Shown here piece by piece: positions 36,201 to 47,875 of a DNA stretch of 64,000 nt. Position numbers and translations under genes: made by a program. Position 1 is the first letter of the stretch; each line of letters starts with the position of its first letter. Under the pieces are notes generated by a model. That model saw only the letters and a program-made list of their open reading frames with translations, did not search any database and was not told the DNA's origin. The stretch lies in the NCBI GenBank assembly GCA_950097015.1, contig CATNEN010000034.1, forward strand, positions 5,332,001-5,396,000. Direction: 5' to 3'. This DNA comes from Macrostomum hystrix. Lineage: Eukaryota > Animalia > Platyhelminthes.

Positions 36201-39200
36201 CTATGCATTTTTTCTGTTGTCACTAAAAAGATTCTGCAATGTTGACAAAACACTCACTTGAACCTGCTCCTTCTGGACGCTTCGAGCTTGACGGCTCATC
36301 CGCAGTCGATGCAACCGGATCCAACCTCCGCTTTCGCGCCTGCATGTACCGGCGCATGTAGACTTTGCGGCGGCTTTTCGCCTGCTCGTCCATTTTGCCA
36401 CGGAGAGGGCAGCTGGAAAAAGTGAAACAACTTTACAGTACATGAATTTAAGACGCCGTTCGATCATCCGCCGGCATTCATCGGTATCGTGACGGCATTC
36501 ATCATGTTATATACTAACTCATTTTTTCAGCAATTGCTACGAAAATTGGAAGAGGGAGGACGCTGAAGCATCGGGAATGTATTTAATGATAATAGGCGCA
36601 CTTACTTTTCTCTACCTAGCGAAGGGAATGGATAATGTTTAAGAAACCGAAAGAATGCAAAATGTCATAAAGTCGTTATTAAGTACCGGAATTGTATTTT
36701 ATTTCCAGTTTTAAGTGATTAAGTGACTGCAATGACTGCAATGAATACCATGACTACAAGAACAAGCGGTGACAAAAAAAACAGAACGGCACAATAATAA
36801 CAAAGACAAACATGACGAATCATATACTCATAAGCAATTTATAGTATAGTCCGATTCGTACGCCGCGTTTGATCCGACCAACTGTGGGATATAATACCGG
36901 GTTATTAACCGGATAAAATTCCGGGCGAAGAGATACGCCTACCCGGATTTCACCCGTTTTTTCCTATTTTCACCCGCTTCGGCTCAGGAAAGAAAGAGGT
37001 CAAAATTTCGGCTAAAAACCGGATCAAATTAAGTCCAATTACCATTCTTCATCCGAGTTTCGCCCGGTTTATAAGCCGATTTTCCGCCCGGAAAGCAACT
37101 CCGGATGAAAACCGGGTGAAACCGCTTTTCATCCGGAAAATGACACTTCGGATTAAAATCGGACCAAATTCGGCTAAAAAGGCCACACGGGGTGCGTCAC
37201 TAACGAAGTCAGAGATAATGCGGGCACATTTGGGTGACCTGCTGATAGAGTTTGAAGGCCTGACAAGGCCGCACTGAGGCGCAGTGCAGCTTCGTGTATA
37301 GGGGTATGAAATACACTTGTTCTTAGGGTAAAAACCAGACCTTCTGGGAGAACCATGAATATGTCGACGGTCTGAAGGGCTGGCGACTTGATTCTTGTTT
37401 CATAAGGTGCGCAACAAACAGGTGGCCTGTGTCCTTGAGTTTCGTGTGCTTGCGTTGCTCCGATCGGCTGCAGTTAAAATATTTTTCGGGGAGCGGGAAT
37501 GTCTCTGCCGAAAAACGGGCGGCAAAATGGCTTGGTTGTCACTTTATCCAAGACTATATCCTCAGCTTAAAACATTTTTATGGGTGAGAACAATATCCAT
37601 TGTATTAAAATTTTGTCCATAAAATTTAACAAAAGCGTATTCGCCTTCTCCACGCAGGTTTTCGCCGATCTAAGCCGCATGGACGGTCGGGATCATCTTG
37701 CCGGCGTTCTACTGGACGCTGCCCAGTCGTTGCTGCGCAATCCAAACGATGGCAACTCGGGCTCGAGTCTCCGCTGCGCCTCCGCGCTATTGCAGGTTGC
37801 GCTAGACGAGCGACCAGATCGACTGGCTGAGCGCCTCCAGGCGCTGACGCCGCAGCTGTGCCAGGCCCTGGCTGCCAGGTTGAAGCCGCCACCGGTGCAA
37901 CTGCCGGAACTGCTGCTTGACCAGGTTTGTATCATATTTTGCATTGTGATCGAATGCTTCTACCTTCTTTAAGCCAAACTATAAAATCCCATTGGCTCCC
38001 TCCAACCAGGTGACACCAGAATCGGTGCAGGCGGTGCGCAGTCTGCAGGGCGGCCTGATCGCTCAGCCTACAGACTGCGAAGCTGCCGCAGCTTGCGCTC
38101 GCCTATTGTCCTCGCTGGCCGCTTCGCCACTGTGCTGGTGCTTAGAGGCCGCCTCGCCTGCCGCATCCGATCTGCTATTTTACCTGGCTCTGCACGCCGC
38201 CTCGCCTGCCGATCCGGAGCGTCAGTTGGCCGAACTGGCGTGGTCGACTGCGGCCGGCCTGCTGCAGCCTGGCGGCCAGCGGCCACTCAGTCCTGCCTTC
38301 TTATCCAGCGTCCGACGGCGCTCATTAGCCGGCCTGGCTCACCTGTGCCAGGTGCCGGGCGCCGAGGATAGGCTAGGCCCAGCCCTGGACTGTCTCAGGC
38401 CAATGCTAGCCGATTTGGGCGCACAGGATGAACAGCAGCGCGTATTGGCGCTTCACCTGCTGAGTCGGCTAACTGCGGATGCTAGCAATTGCGATCTGCT
38501 TTGCCAGTGTCTGGAGCTCTGGCTCGGCCTGGCCGACTGTCTGGCTAATGTTGCCGAATCTAAAGCCTTTCAGGTACCAAATAATTACTAATCGATTGAT
38601 AGATAAATGTCCATGGACTGGGGCTGCCCCTATCGGAATTAAAATTTTTCAAAAACGATAACGACGAAAAACGAAGACCCGGAAAATTTGTTAACTGATA
38701 CCAACAGTGAGGGGCGGCCAAACTCACCCAAAATTCTACTGATGCTCTGCTAAAATTTATACTCAAACCCCTGTTTGACCTCTCAGGCCGGTTGCAAGCG
38801 GCGTTTCAATCGCTACCTTTTCGACTCAAACACTTCTCTAACTGTATTCAAGGTCTCAAAAGCTACTCTATAACAGGCAAATATATTGGGATAGTTATCC
38901 CCATCGGTTGATTGTCCCTGAATTCTAAGTTTAATTTCTCTAACAATAGTTGCAGCTTCTGAGCTGCTATATATTTAAGAATGGCTAGCAAGTATCTATC
39001 ATTTGTTTTACTCTCCAAAGCATCCGGAAGGTCTCAACTCAATGCGCGCCGCCCTACTAGAAGCAACTGGCGCAGCCTATTGGAAGAGCCAATTTCGAGC
39101 CAATCAGAGCTTCTTAGATGGCTTAGACGATTGTGGAGAGGATAGCGAGATGCAGCAGCTGTTGAGGCTCACCTGCGACCTATTGCATCTTGTGGCACAG

Positions 39201-42200
39201 CTGCAGCCTGAGCAGGTGACTATTGTGCTCTAATGTACCACTCGTAGAAAAATCATAAATCTGCTATGGTTTATGCACTACTTTAATCTGGTAAATTGGT
39301 CATTCGGTAATTCTCAGATCATTATTTAGATAGCTCATAATCATACTCAGCTCATTCAGTTATTTTCTGGTTAGTCATACATATCCAGCTCACATGGGTT
39401 TGGTCATGTCCACAGCCATGTCATTTGGGTTGGTCTATTCATGTCGTTTATATTAATCATATCCACGTCATTTAGATAGATGATATCCATGTCATTTGGT
39501 TTGGTCACATCAATGTCATTTGGTTTGGTCACATCAATGTAATTTAGGTTGGTCATATCAATGTAATTTGGGTTGGTCATATCAATGTCATTTGGTTTGG
39601 TCATATCAATGTAATTTAGGTTGGTCATATCAATGTAATTTGGGTTGGTCATATCAATGTCATTTGGTTTGGTCATATCAATGTCATTTGGGTTGATCAT
39701 ATCAATGTCATTTGGGTTGGTCATATCAATGTCATTTGGGTTGGTCATATCAATGTCATTTGGGTTGGTCATATCAATGTAATTAATTAGGTTAGTCATC
39801 AATGTCATTTGGGTTGGTCATACCAATGTCATTTGGGTTGGTCATATCAATGTCATTTGGGTTGGTTATATCAATGTCATTTGGGTTGGTCATATCAATG
39901 TAATTTACGTTGGTCATATCAATTTCATTTGGGTTGGTCATATCCAGTTTACTCTGTTTGATCATATCCCGGGTTTTTGAAATAGTCATATCCTGGTTAT
40001 TTGAAATAGTCATATCCTGGTTATGTGAATTAGTCATATCCTGGTTATTTGAATTAGTCATATCCTGGTTATTTGAAATAGTCATATCCTGGTTATTTGA
40101 AATAGTCATATCCTGGTTATTTGAATTAGTCATATCCTGGTTATTTGAATTAGTCATATCCTGGTTATTTGAATTAGTCATATCCTGGTTATTTGAATTA
40201 GTCATATCCTGGTTATTTGAATTAGTCATATTCTGGTTATTTGAATTAGTCATATCCTGGTTATGTGAATTAGTCATATCCTGGTTATTTGAATTAGTCA
40301 TATCCTGGTTATTTGAATTAGTCATATCCTGGTTATTTGAATTAGTCATATTCTGGTTATTTGAATTAGTCATATCCTGGTTATGTGAATTAGTCATATC
40401 CTGGTTATGTGAATTAGTCATATCCTGGTTATTTGAATTAGTCATATTCTGGTTATTTGAATTAGTCATATCCTGGTTATTTGAAATAGTCATATCCTGG
40501 TGTTTTGAAATAGTCATATCCTGGTTATTTGAATTAGTCATATCCTGGTTATTTGAATTAGTCATATCCTGGTTATTTGAATTAGTCATATCCTGGTTAT
40601 TTGAATTAGTCATATCCTGGTTATTTGAATTAGTCATATCCTGGTTATTTGAATTAGTCATATTCTGGTTATTTGAATTAGTCATATTCTGGTTATTTGA
40701 ATTAGTCATATCCTGGTTATTTGAATTAGTCATATTCTGGTTATTTGATTTAGTCATATTCTGGGTATTTAAATTGGTCATGTTCAGGTCATCTAGACCA
40801 TATTTCAATAGTCACCGTCAAATGAGTGACTTGCCCCCTTCTCATTGTTCAGGTCGGCAGTCTGATAGCGGGCGAGCTGGCTGCCACCCTGCAGGCCTAT
40901 CATCAGCAGCTGGGCGAAGGCGCCCAAGTTCGCGAGCACAACCTGCAGAAGCTGCACTGCGCCCTGCGCGACCTGCGCTCAAACCTGGCCTACCTGCGTC
41001 AGCTGCCCTATCCTCCAGCTGGCCTGGCTAATCTGCTACTGGCTGCTGCTGAGCGCGGCGCCCGGCCGGCCGAATCGGCGGCCGCCTGGCCGGCTATCGC
41101 AGCCGCTCTGGCCGACGCTCAGTGCGGCCTGCTGCTTGGCTTGGCCACTTGCCAGCCGGAGGATCCGGCGCCAGCTCTCGCTGTGGCTGTGGGCTGTCTG
41201 CTGTCAGCGGGTGGCGGTGACAGCGCAGCGTCGCAGCAGCTTCACAGTGAGTGACCATTACTAAATGCAACGCTTCGATTTGCCTAACTCCGGTGCAATC
41301 CAGGTCATTAAGGTTGGTCATATGGTTGATCATATCCAGGTCATTTGGGTTGGTCATATTGGTTGATCATATCCAGGTCATTTGGGTTGGTCATATTGGT
41401 TGATCATATCTAGTTCATTTGGGTTGATCATATCTAGTTCATTTGGGTTGAACACTGTTAGGTGAATTTGAGCCCCTAACCCCGGACTCACGGTTTTCAA
41501 CGAGTCGCATCACCGCTTCGTCGACTCTTTTATGTATTTTGCAATGCTTGCTACTGTCAGTAGACTAAACGATGATTATTGTCTCTCCCGCAGTGTCGCC
41601 TCGTCTCCGCCTATGCGCAGCTGAACTGATCGCTGCTATACTGGCTCGCCGACCAGATCTGGCCAGCTCAGTTCAGCTGTCGGGTCTATTCGCTGAATTC
41701 GCTCGCCCCGATGTCGCAGACGGCGGCCTAGCCGGGATGCCGGACGATGCGCGCGCCAGATTATTGTCGGCGTTGGCCGCCGCCATCGACTCCGAGCAGG
41801 CTTTGTCTGGCCTGTTGGATTCAACGGTGAGTCTTTGCTTCTTCTAAACTCCTCTTCCACTTTTCTGCCTCTTCTAATTCTACTTCTGCTAGGCCTAGGG
41901 GATTGAGTGGCACTCCTGCACTTATTAATCTTACTTTCTTTGACTGGTTGTCCACTTTTGTTTACATTGACAACGAATTTTAGCCTTTTTTATGTTAATA
42001 TTTCAACGATAATATTATTTTGATTGAATTGAAGATTGCCGCACTGACCGAGTGTTCCGTCGCTAACGCCGCCGGCGACGAGGCCATTGTTCGCAGTCGA
42101 CGCTGCGCCCTGGACAGCCTGGCCGCGGTGTGCGACTCAGTTGGCGAGGCGCCCGTGAAAGTGCGGGCGGCCAACTTTGCCAGACTACGCGACCTGCCAT

Positions 42201-44592
42201 CCAGGCTGGCCTCAGCACCTGGCCTTCTCACTGACCCGGCTCTAGCCGGTCCCACGCTCCGGCTTCTGCTTGCCTGGTGCCGCGCATTCCGCCACCTTCT
42301 CGGACCTCAACAGCTGGCTCCAGTGCTGGACTCCGTGCTTAGACTGCACGCCGATGATCCGCGCTGGCTTGATCTGGCATTGGATCTGCTGGCGATGGTT
42401 GTCATGGAGACTAGGAAGCCGTTTCGCGAGATGGCCCCACAGGTAATCACTGGGTTCTATGGCTTTGGGTCACTAGATTCTATGGCTGTGGGTCACTGGG
42501 TTCTATGGCTATGGGTCACTAGATTCTATGGCTGTGGGTCACTAGATTCTATGGCTGTGGGTCACTAGATTCTATGGCTGTGAGTCACTAGATTTTATGG
42601 CTGTGGGTCAGTAGATTCTATGGCTGTGGGTCACTAGATTCTATGGCCATGGGTCACTAGATTCTATGGCTGTGAGTCACTAGATTTTATGGCTGTGAGT
42701 CACTAGATTCTATGGCTGTGAGTCACTAGATTTTATGGCTGTGGGTCAGTAGATTCTGCGAATATAAAAGGCAAGGATTGACAACTAAGGATGTCTATCA
42801 CCTGCACTGACGCAGGTTGTGCGCACTGCTCTCGGGCCGATGCGGCAGGCGGCCTGGTCAAGCGGAGATCCGGATCTGCGCTGCAAGCTACTCAGCCTGG
42901 CGCACGACTGTCTGTTGGCTCACTGGCCGCTGTTCTTTCAGGAGTCCGCCGCCGGTGGCGGCTCCATGGCTTCGCGTCGGCTGCTACAGCTGCAGCAGGC
43001 TGAGGATGGCGGGGTGAGTTTTGACCAGTGCTTCCATTTTCCACCACCAGCTTTAGTTTTTTGTCATTATTTTAGTGCATGCTCTCTGAATTGTAATAAG
43101 ATTACTATTTTTATGTTTTGGGCACTGACGTGACAGTCGACCCACAGCCAGTGAGGAGGCGATTCTGAGCACACAGATTTGACGTTCTCGTCGTCAGGCA
43201 GTGCAGATTCCCTAAAGCCCTCTCTCTCTCTTTATCTATCTATTTGCAGGGGGCCCGGGGCACTTGTCGCACAAGCGACGGAGCGGTACGCCCCCAGACC
43301 GGCGAACTAGGCGCTTTTGCGCCCATCGCGCCGCCTCCCCTGAGCAGGCACCACACACAACAGCACAGACCAGCCGGGGAGGGCAGGAGGCACCCAGAAT
43401 AGGCAGCAGTGTCCCCCACCCCAGCCCCACACGCACATAGCAGACCAAGCCGGAAGGCTGATAAGAAATCAGTCCTCAGGGGGGCCGGGTGATGAGTGTA
43501 CACTTATCCAATCGCGCTGACGGAAGTCCAGAAAGCGCGCGGCGGTGTACACCCGCCCTCCAGCGACCCCCCGCAAGGTCTCACGCCCCAGCGCCAACGC
43601 ACACAACTCACACAACGCAGACCCTGAAGCCCTCAAGCCTGCCTTGTCTTCACGGCTGCGCCCAGAAATTCACCGCTAGCCAGGAAAATATCTGTGTTGT
43701 AATTTTGGCTCGTATTAAATTCCTATCCTATATTCTAGGGGGGGGGGTTAGTGACAGAGCGGTCTCACGCGTTTGCCTCTCGCACCAAAGTCCTTGAGCT
43801 CGATTCCGCGGCGAGGTCACATTTATTTGGAGCGCAGCCGCGTATCAAAGGCTTAGAGGCTTTTCGTGCAATTTACGCCATTGAGGGCGAACCTCCAAGG
43901 CACAGTGAGAGTGTACACTGCTTGACGATGAGAAAGCCAGGGCAGATGTACACACCTGTGTGAGCGTGTGCCTGCGTACAGTAACTGTGTGCGTGCGTGC
44001 TCAGGAGTCAGCGAAATGGGCAGAATTGCTTCCTCGCTGGCTGCAGGTCCAGTGTCACCAAGTGATTGCAGGAGCCCGCAGTGCTCCTGCAACTGTTCTT
44101 ATTGTCATATCCTATATTCTGCAGCAGCAGCAGCAGCAGCTATCAGACGAGCCGCCTCCGCCCGAAGAGCTATTCGGCCTGCTGGACTGCCTCTGCTGCG
44201 GTCTGACGGACCCGCACCCGGCCACCTGCCAGCTGACCATCGGCCTCATTCGGTCCTTGCGTGAGCGCCGGCGGCTGCACGATCGGCCTGTCATTCGCCA
44301 GCGTCTGCTGCCTCGCCTGGCTCGCCTGCTGATTGACGCCCTGCTGGATGGCGGCCACGACCGTCTACGCGATCAACTGGCAGCCGAACTGTGGGCAGTC
44401 GGCCGGGCGTCGCCAGACTCTCTGCTGCTGCCGTCCGACAGCGGAAACTCGGCTATTGAGTCGCATCGCCGTCTGGGCGACGCCCCTCGTCGATTGCTTG
44501 ACGAGTGCGGCGACGATTGCGACGCCTTCTGTGCTCGACTAGCCCAGCTGATTGTGGCAGCCGCGGCGGCAACGGCGGCTGCAGCTTCGTGA
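30249..44592 (+). CDS. XPO6: Exportin-6-like karyopherin, 9 exons, ~1014 aa
   Basis: Exons 30249-30566, 37658-37924, 38010-38573, 39021-39215, 40853-41246, 41594-41826, 42035-42442, 42816-43013, 44125-44592, phases consistent. Motifs recalled from XPO6: EFY..LLESFEQ..CLAFL; FRANQSFLDGLDD..EMQQLLR; LHCALRDL; LLAHWPLFF. Confidence 0.82.
31766..32434 (-). CDS. Transposon ORF3, uncharacterised (basic N-terminus, CxxC, coiled coil)
   Basis: Open frame MVSGRRNKNK..GCASCRGLAIDLQREKKLNETLRK; acceptor CCCTTACAG 29 nt upstream; possible donor near 31803 and short terminal exon near 31680. Confidence 0.5.
   Translation of the reverse strand: MVSGRRNKNKNQGADAKTTAARELHDPTSTLDSSEVATSDATVGESATVATQPAKRKSSAPQSAEGGSEGEPEVSRLKSAPTPEYFVLQYTQYDNGTEVVCTDQSVLDTAIIVGVAKTSPLPLAVGSQVLIVTAKTNRSKAKRYAGTLIKGGFSTKNEAVAASKLTNVHNPVTEVPHGCASCRGLAIDLQREKKLNETLRKHASLIIGVQGTLVQSTHVPCT
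32862..33547 (-). pseudogene. Stand-alone CtIP/Sae2 C-terminal domain gene carried by the transposon (1-nt frameshift near 33431, TAA at the conserved Trp)
   Basis: YAFVHTVRRRAERQELEPRTCADCEGWFSNLSPESKIQRLQEHGRHRCNLPKVNNDPDF*KIVMPDTP aligns by eye to human CtIP [48 protein letters not shown]. Reconstructed ORF ~228 aa ending KRRRR..KAKK*. Confidence 0.85.
34140..36393 (-). pseudogene. EnSpm/CACTA Tnp2-type transposase, inactivated
   Basis: Exon 36393-36258 then 36112 onward. CxxC..CxxC; DGF..ALYLSINEL..MFDAPARADV..FGCEKC. In-frame TGA 35021-35019, frameshift near 34907 restoring GFDFMRG.P..YLHAL..GIV, apparent internal deletion near 34765, then C-terminal HGT.. region to 34140. Confidence 0.88.
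39400..40790. repeat. Two fused 24-bp minisatellites (GTCATATCAATGTCATTTGGGTTG then GTCATATCCTGGTTATTTGAATTA) in XPO6 intron 4
   Basis: Tandem arrays with a transition near 39930-39980. Confidence 0.96.
41290..41450. repeat. Short minisatellite related to the 39400 array
   Basis: ATCATATCCAGGTCATTTGGGTTG-type units. Confidence 0.8.
42445..42760. repeat. ~23-bp minisatellite GGTCACTAGATTCTATGGCTGTG in XPO6 intron 7
   Basis: Tandem copies starting right after the donor. Confidence 0.92.
43120..43215 (-). mobile_element. Short SINE family A-related fragment
   Basis: Reverse complement contains CACTGCCTGACGACGAGAACGTCAA..CTCACTGGCTGTGGGTC. Confidence 0.55.
43230..43740 (-). mobile_element. Unclassified GC-rich insertion ending in an (ATAG)n(AG)n tail, possibly a non-LTR retrotransposon 3' end
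   Basis: Abrupt GC-rich block bounded by a microsatellite tail and a G10 run; no coding homology recognised. Confidence 0.35.
43748..44090 (+). mobile_element. SINE family A, full-length copy in XPO6 intron 8
   Basis: Near-collinear with 11321-11640. Confidence 0.85.
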
Positions 44593-44649
44593 TCCGAATT
44601 AGTCCGAATTAGTTCAGCTTGTACACTCACTTCAGCTTGCAGCTTGTGC

Positions 44650-45050
44650 AATATGCTGGATGTCTGGTAGGGTTTGCAGGCTGCTGAAGGTCTGGTAGGG
44701 TTTGCAGGCTGCTGAAGGTCTGATAGGGTTTGCAGCCTGCTGAAGGTCTGGTAGGGTTTGCAGGCTGTTGAAGGTCTGGTTGGGTTTGCAGGCTGCTGAA
44801 GGTCTGGTAGGGTTTGCAGGCTGCTGAAGGTCTGATAGGGTTTGCAGCCTGCTGAAGGTCTGGTAGGGTTTGCAGGCTGTTGAAGGTCTGGTTGGGTTTG
44901 CAGGCTGCTGAAGGTCTGGTAGGGTTTGCAGGCTGCTGAAGGTCTGGTAGGGTTTGCAGGCTGCTGAAGGTCTGGTAGGGTTTGCAGGCTGCTGAAGGTC
45001 TGGTAGGGTTTGCAGGCTGCTGAAGGTCTGGTAGGGTTTGCAGCCTGCAA
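44650..45050. repeat. 28-bp minisatellite AGGTCTGGTAGGGTTTGCAGGCTGCTGA
   Basis: About 14 tandem copies just downstream of the XPO6 stop. Confidence 0.95.
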
Positions 45051-45909
45051 ATGTGTTAAAACCAAGTGAAATGTATCCTTGAATTTTTGAGTACACTTCA
45101 CGCGTGCTTCTTTACTAAATGGGCTTTCTCTCCTACTTGTACTTCAGCTTTCATTGTTATGAAAGAGCATTCTCCTATTTACATTGAAATATCCAAGTTT
45201 GGTTGCATTTCAATTGCCTTATGTGCTTATAATGACATTTTTAGTGCTTATAGTTTGACTGCGCCTGTTACTCAAGCGAAGTACAAAAATGATAATTACT
45301 TCTTAAAGCTACTTCTTAAGAGTTAAAAGTATAAACCAGTAAATAATATTTATATGGACGTCTGTCATGATAAACGTATATATATTTGTTCTCGTATTTC
45401 ATTACGAATCTTAAGTTATTACATTTTATTTATGCTATTGTTCAATTACACACATCCAGATGAGTATTCAGACGGTAAACTACAAATTGTCATAAGATGT
45501 AGAAATTTTAAACTAGTGAAAACTAGCTTACGATTGCGTTTCATTCTTTTAAAGCCCGATGAAGATGCTTCGGGTACTGGGGCTTTGTTACCTGCTGAAG
45601 GTGCTAGTGATACTGGGGTTTGTAGTCTGCTAAAGTGCTTCAAGGAAAGGGGTTTCTAGTCTGTTGGAGGGCTACAATTATTCACTCCAAGGACTGCAAG
45701 TTGCCGCTAAAAACTGCTTTAGAACAAAGGAAAATAGCAAGCCTCTTTTATACTTAATTGTTCGCCTAGGCTAGCTAGATTTTTATGTCGGCGCACTTTT
45801 GTGAACACTTTCTTATGACAGGTATCATCCTTGGACATTTGCATGAGTTTTATAGAGTTTATCTAAATCATCATGGCAATCAGTCTGTTACAGCCCAGTT
45901 CATATAATG

Positions 45910-47875
45910 CTAGGCTTTCGTCTGCATGGTATCCACAGATTCTCCCCGCATGGTGAACACTCTGTCGTCTGACGTCTCTGACGCAGCCACCTCCTTGGTC
46001 TGCATCAACACTCTGCACAGACAGTAAAAAAAATCGAGAAACTCAGCCACCAGTGTGAATGTGATGCCAACGTAGATTGACATGATGCCGCCAACTGACG
46101 AGATTAGATTCGACACAGTTGTCAGCTCGACCTCCTCGTTGATGGTGATGTAGCTGTTCTCCCGGTAGACATTGACGGTTCGCATTATGTTGGAGTACTC
46201 GTTGAACACATAAGTGGGATTATCAATGTAGGTATCATTGTCGGCTTGCTCCAGGTAGTCTAGGGTCCCCTGTCCTTTGTACAGCAGCCTGTGAATGGCC
46301 CACTTCCACTGAAAGTCGTTGATAAGCCATGGCGAGTACGAATATGACATGCCGTAGTGCGTCTCCATGCAGCTGGGCGAGTTGCAAGCGCTGGTGCGAG
46401 CGCTGGAGTCAAGCGCCTGTTGGCGCACCTGTATGTACCGGCGCAGCCTGGACAGCATTTCCAAATAGTTATTGGACTCTGGTATTCTCAGGCAGCCACG
46501 CATGGTCGTAAAAGCAAACGAGTCATCGGTGCAGTTCAGTTTCTCGTTGAGTAAGCTCTCAACAACGCTATTTGAGCAGTCCTCGGTTGTGTGCTTAAAG
46601 CTGCCGAGTTGGCCGTGCGCAATGCGGGTGTTCTTCGTGCACTGCCGGTAGCTGTAGAGCTGCGTGTTGAAGCGGACCGCCGTGATGCCGCCGGGCCGCA
46701 CTGTGATGCCCCGCTGCGCCACCAGGCTGAGCGGATACACGTCCCGATCGTGCAGCACAATGACAAAGTCGCTCTGGGTCGACATGCTCTCCACAAGGAA
46801 ACCGCGAGAATCGCGCAGCATTTGATCAACGGAGGTGTTGAACACAGCGCCATCCATTGCCAGGTCGATTCTCAGGGCTTGAAGCTCGCTTAGAGCCTCG
46901 GTGGACAGATTCAGGTGCAAAGAGTGGCACAGGGAGAACTCCGGGTGGTAAAATTTTGTGATGGTCAGAGAATTGGCCGTTTCGGTCGGCTTTTCCGGTC
47001 CTGAAACATGATTTTCGTGTGGCAATATGACTGGGCATGATTTTTTCCTGGCAAAGTGAGACTGTGGAGAACAAGAACCATCCCCTCTCTTTCGCACAGC
47101 CTGCGCGGAGACTAAGCCTAATCGCAGAAGACCTCAGAATCGTCAGAATGAATTTATTTCAGGGCCAAGTACCAGGAGAGCTGTGTAATTTTGCAACTCT
47201 GACAGTGAAAAATACAGGACACAAAATCTTCCGCGTCAGTTTAAGGAGCCCGATGCAAGCTACTCGTAATTCAGGTTTAAAAAAATTCAGGACAGAACAC
47301 TTCAGCTTACCAACTGGCCTGCCGCGAATTCTTTGAAACTTGTCTAGAATTTGAAAGTTGCTGTGCACCATCTGTATCGTCCCATTGTTAAATACCAAGT
47401 TGATGAGAATCACCACATCCTCCAGGTCGACAACATAATCCGTGATCTTCTCAATGGGCAGCTGGGACCAGAAGCCGTGCAGCGTGTCCAGGTTAAGCAG
47501 CTCCTCCTTTTCGCTCATGCTCAGCGCCTGGCTGGCCAGACCCCTCACCCTGGCGCTGTAGTTCGCGATGGTGAGCTGGCCCCGGTTTCGCTGCGGCTTC
47601 AGCATGTTCCGATTGCAGATGGTGACGGACGGGAAGCTGTTTGCCTGACCGAAGTAGCTCCGAGACCGGAGCATGGAGATGTCCTTCAGTGACAGATAGT
47701 TCTGGATGACAAAGTAGCCCTGGGTGACCATGCCGGCCACGGAGCACATCAGGAAGCTGATCCAGAAAACGCGCTGCAGCATAGTCGGCGACGCGACGGT
47801 CCGTTTCAGACCGCGGACCGAGGAAGCCTCAATGAACTTTTTCCACTCCGTAGATGCGGCAGATTCTGGATGCAT
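45910..47875 (-). CDS. DEG/ENaC (amiloride-sensitive) channel subunit, 2 exons, ~551 aa
   Basis: Exons 47875-47311 and 47000-45910 (phase 1). SVRGL..RVFW TM1; FPSVTICNRN; FYHPEFSLCHS; GITVRPG; CMETHY; LISSVGGIMSIYVGITFTLVAEFLDF TM2. Start codon not certain. Confidence 0.9.

Larger units (their letters stand above)
30983..37191 (-). mobile_element. CMC/EnSpm (CACTA-like) DNA transposon, 6209 bp, three genes
   Basis: TIR CCCGTGTGGC / GCCACACGGG with 2-bp TSD GT (30981-82, 37192-93); CCGG-rich subterminal repeat fields at 30995-31380 and 36880-37180; internal Tnp2-type transposase. Confidence 0.9.
30757..37415. mobile_element. Outer foldback/MITE-like element (~450 bp when the inner element is removed)
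   Basis: Perfect 37-bp inverted repeat 30770-30806 / 37364-37400, degenerate over ~100 bp; exact ends and TSD not resolved. Confidence 0.7.

Noticed and set aside
38787-38860. Extra XPO6 exon after CTCTCAG
   Set aside because: No canonical in-phase donor; exon 3 joins 39021 cleanly in phase 0.
39404-41031. 338-aa NNQDMTNS and 373-aa ISWLFELV ORFs
   Set aside because: Translations of a 24-bp intronic satellite; XPO6 splices around them in phase.
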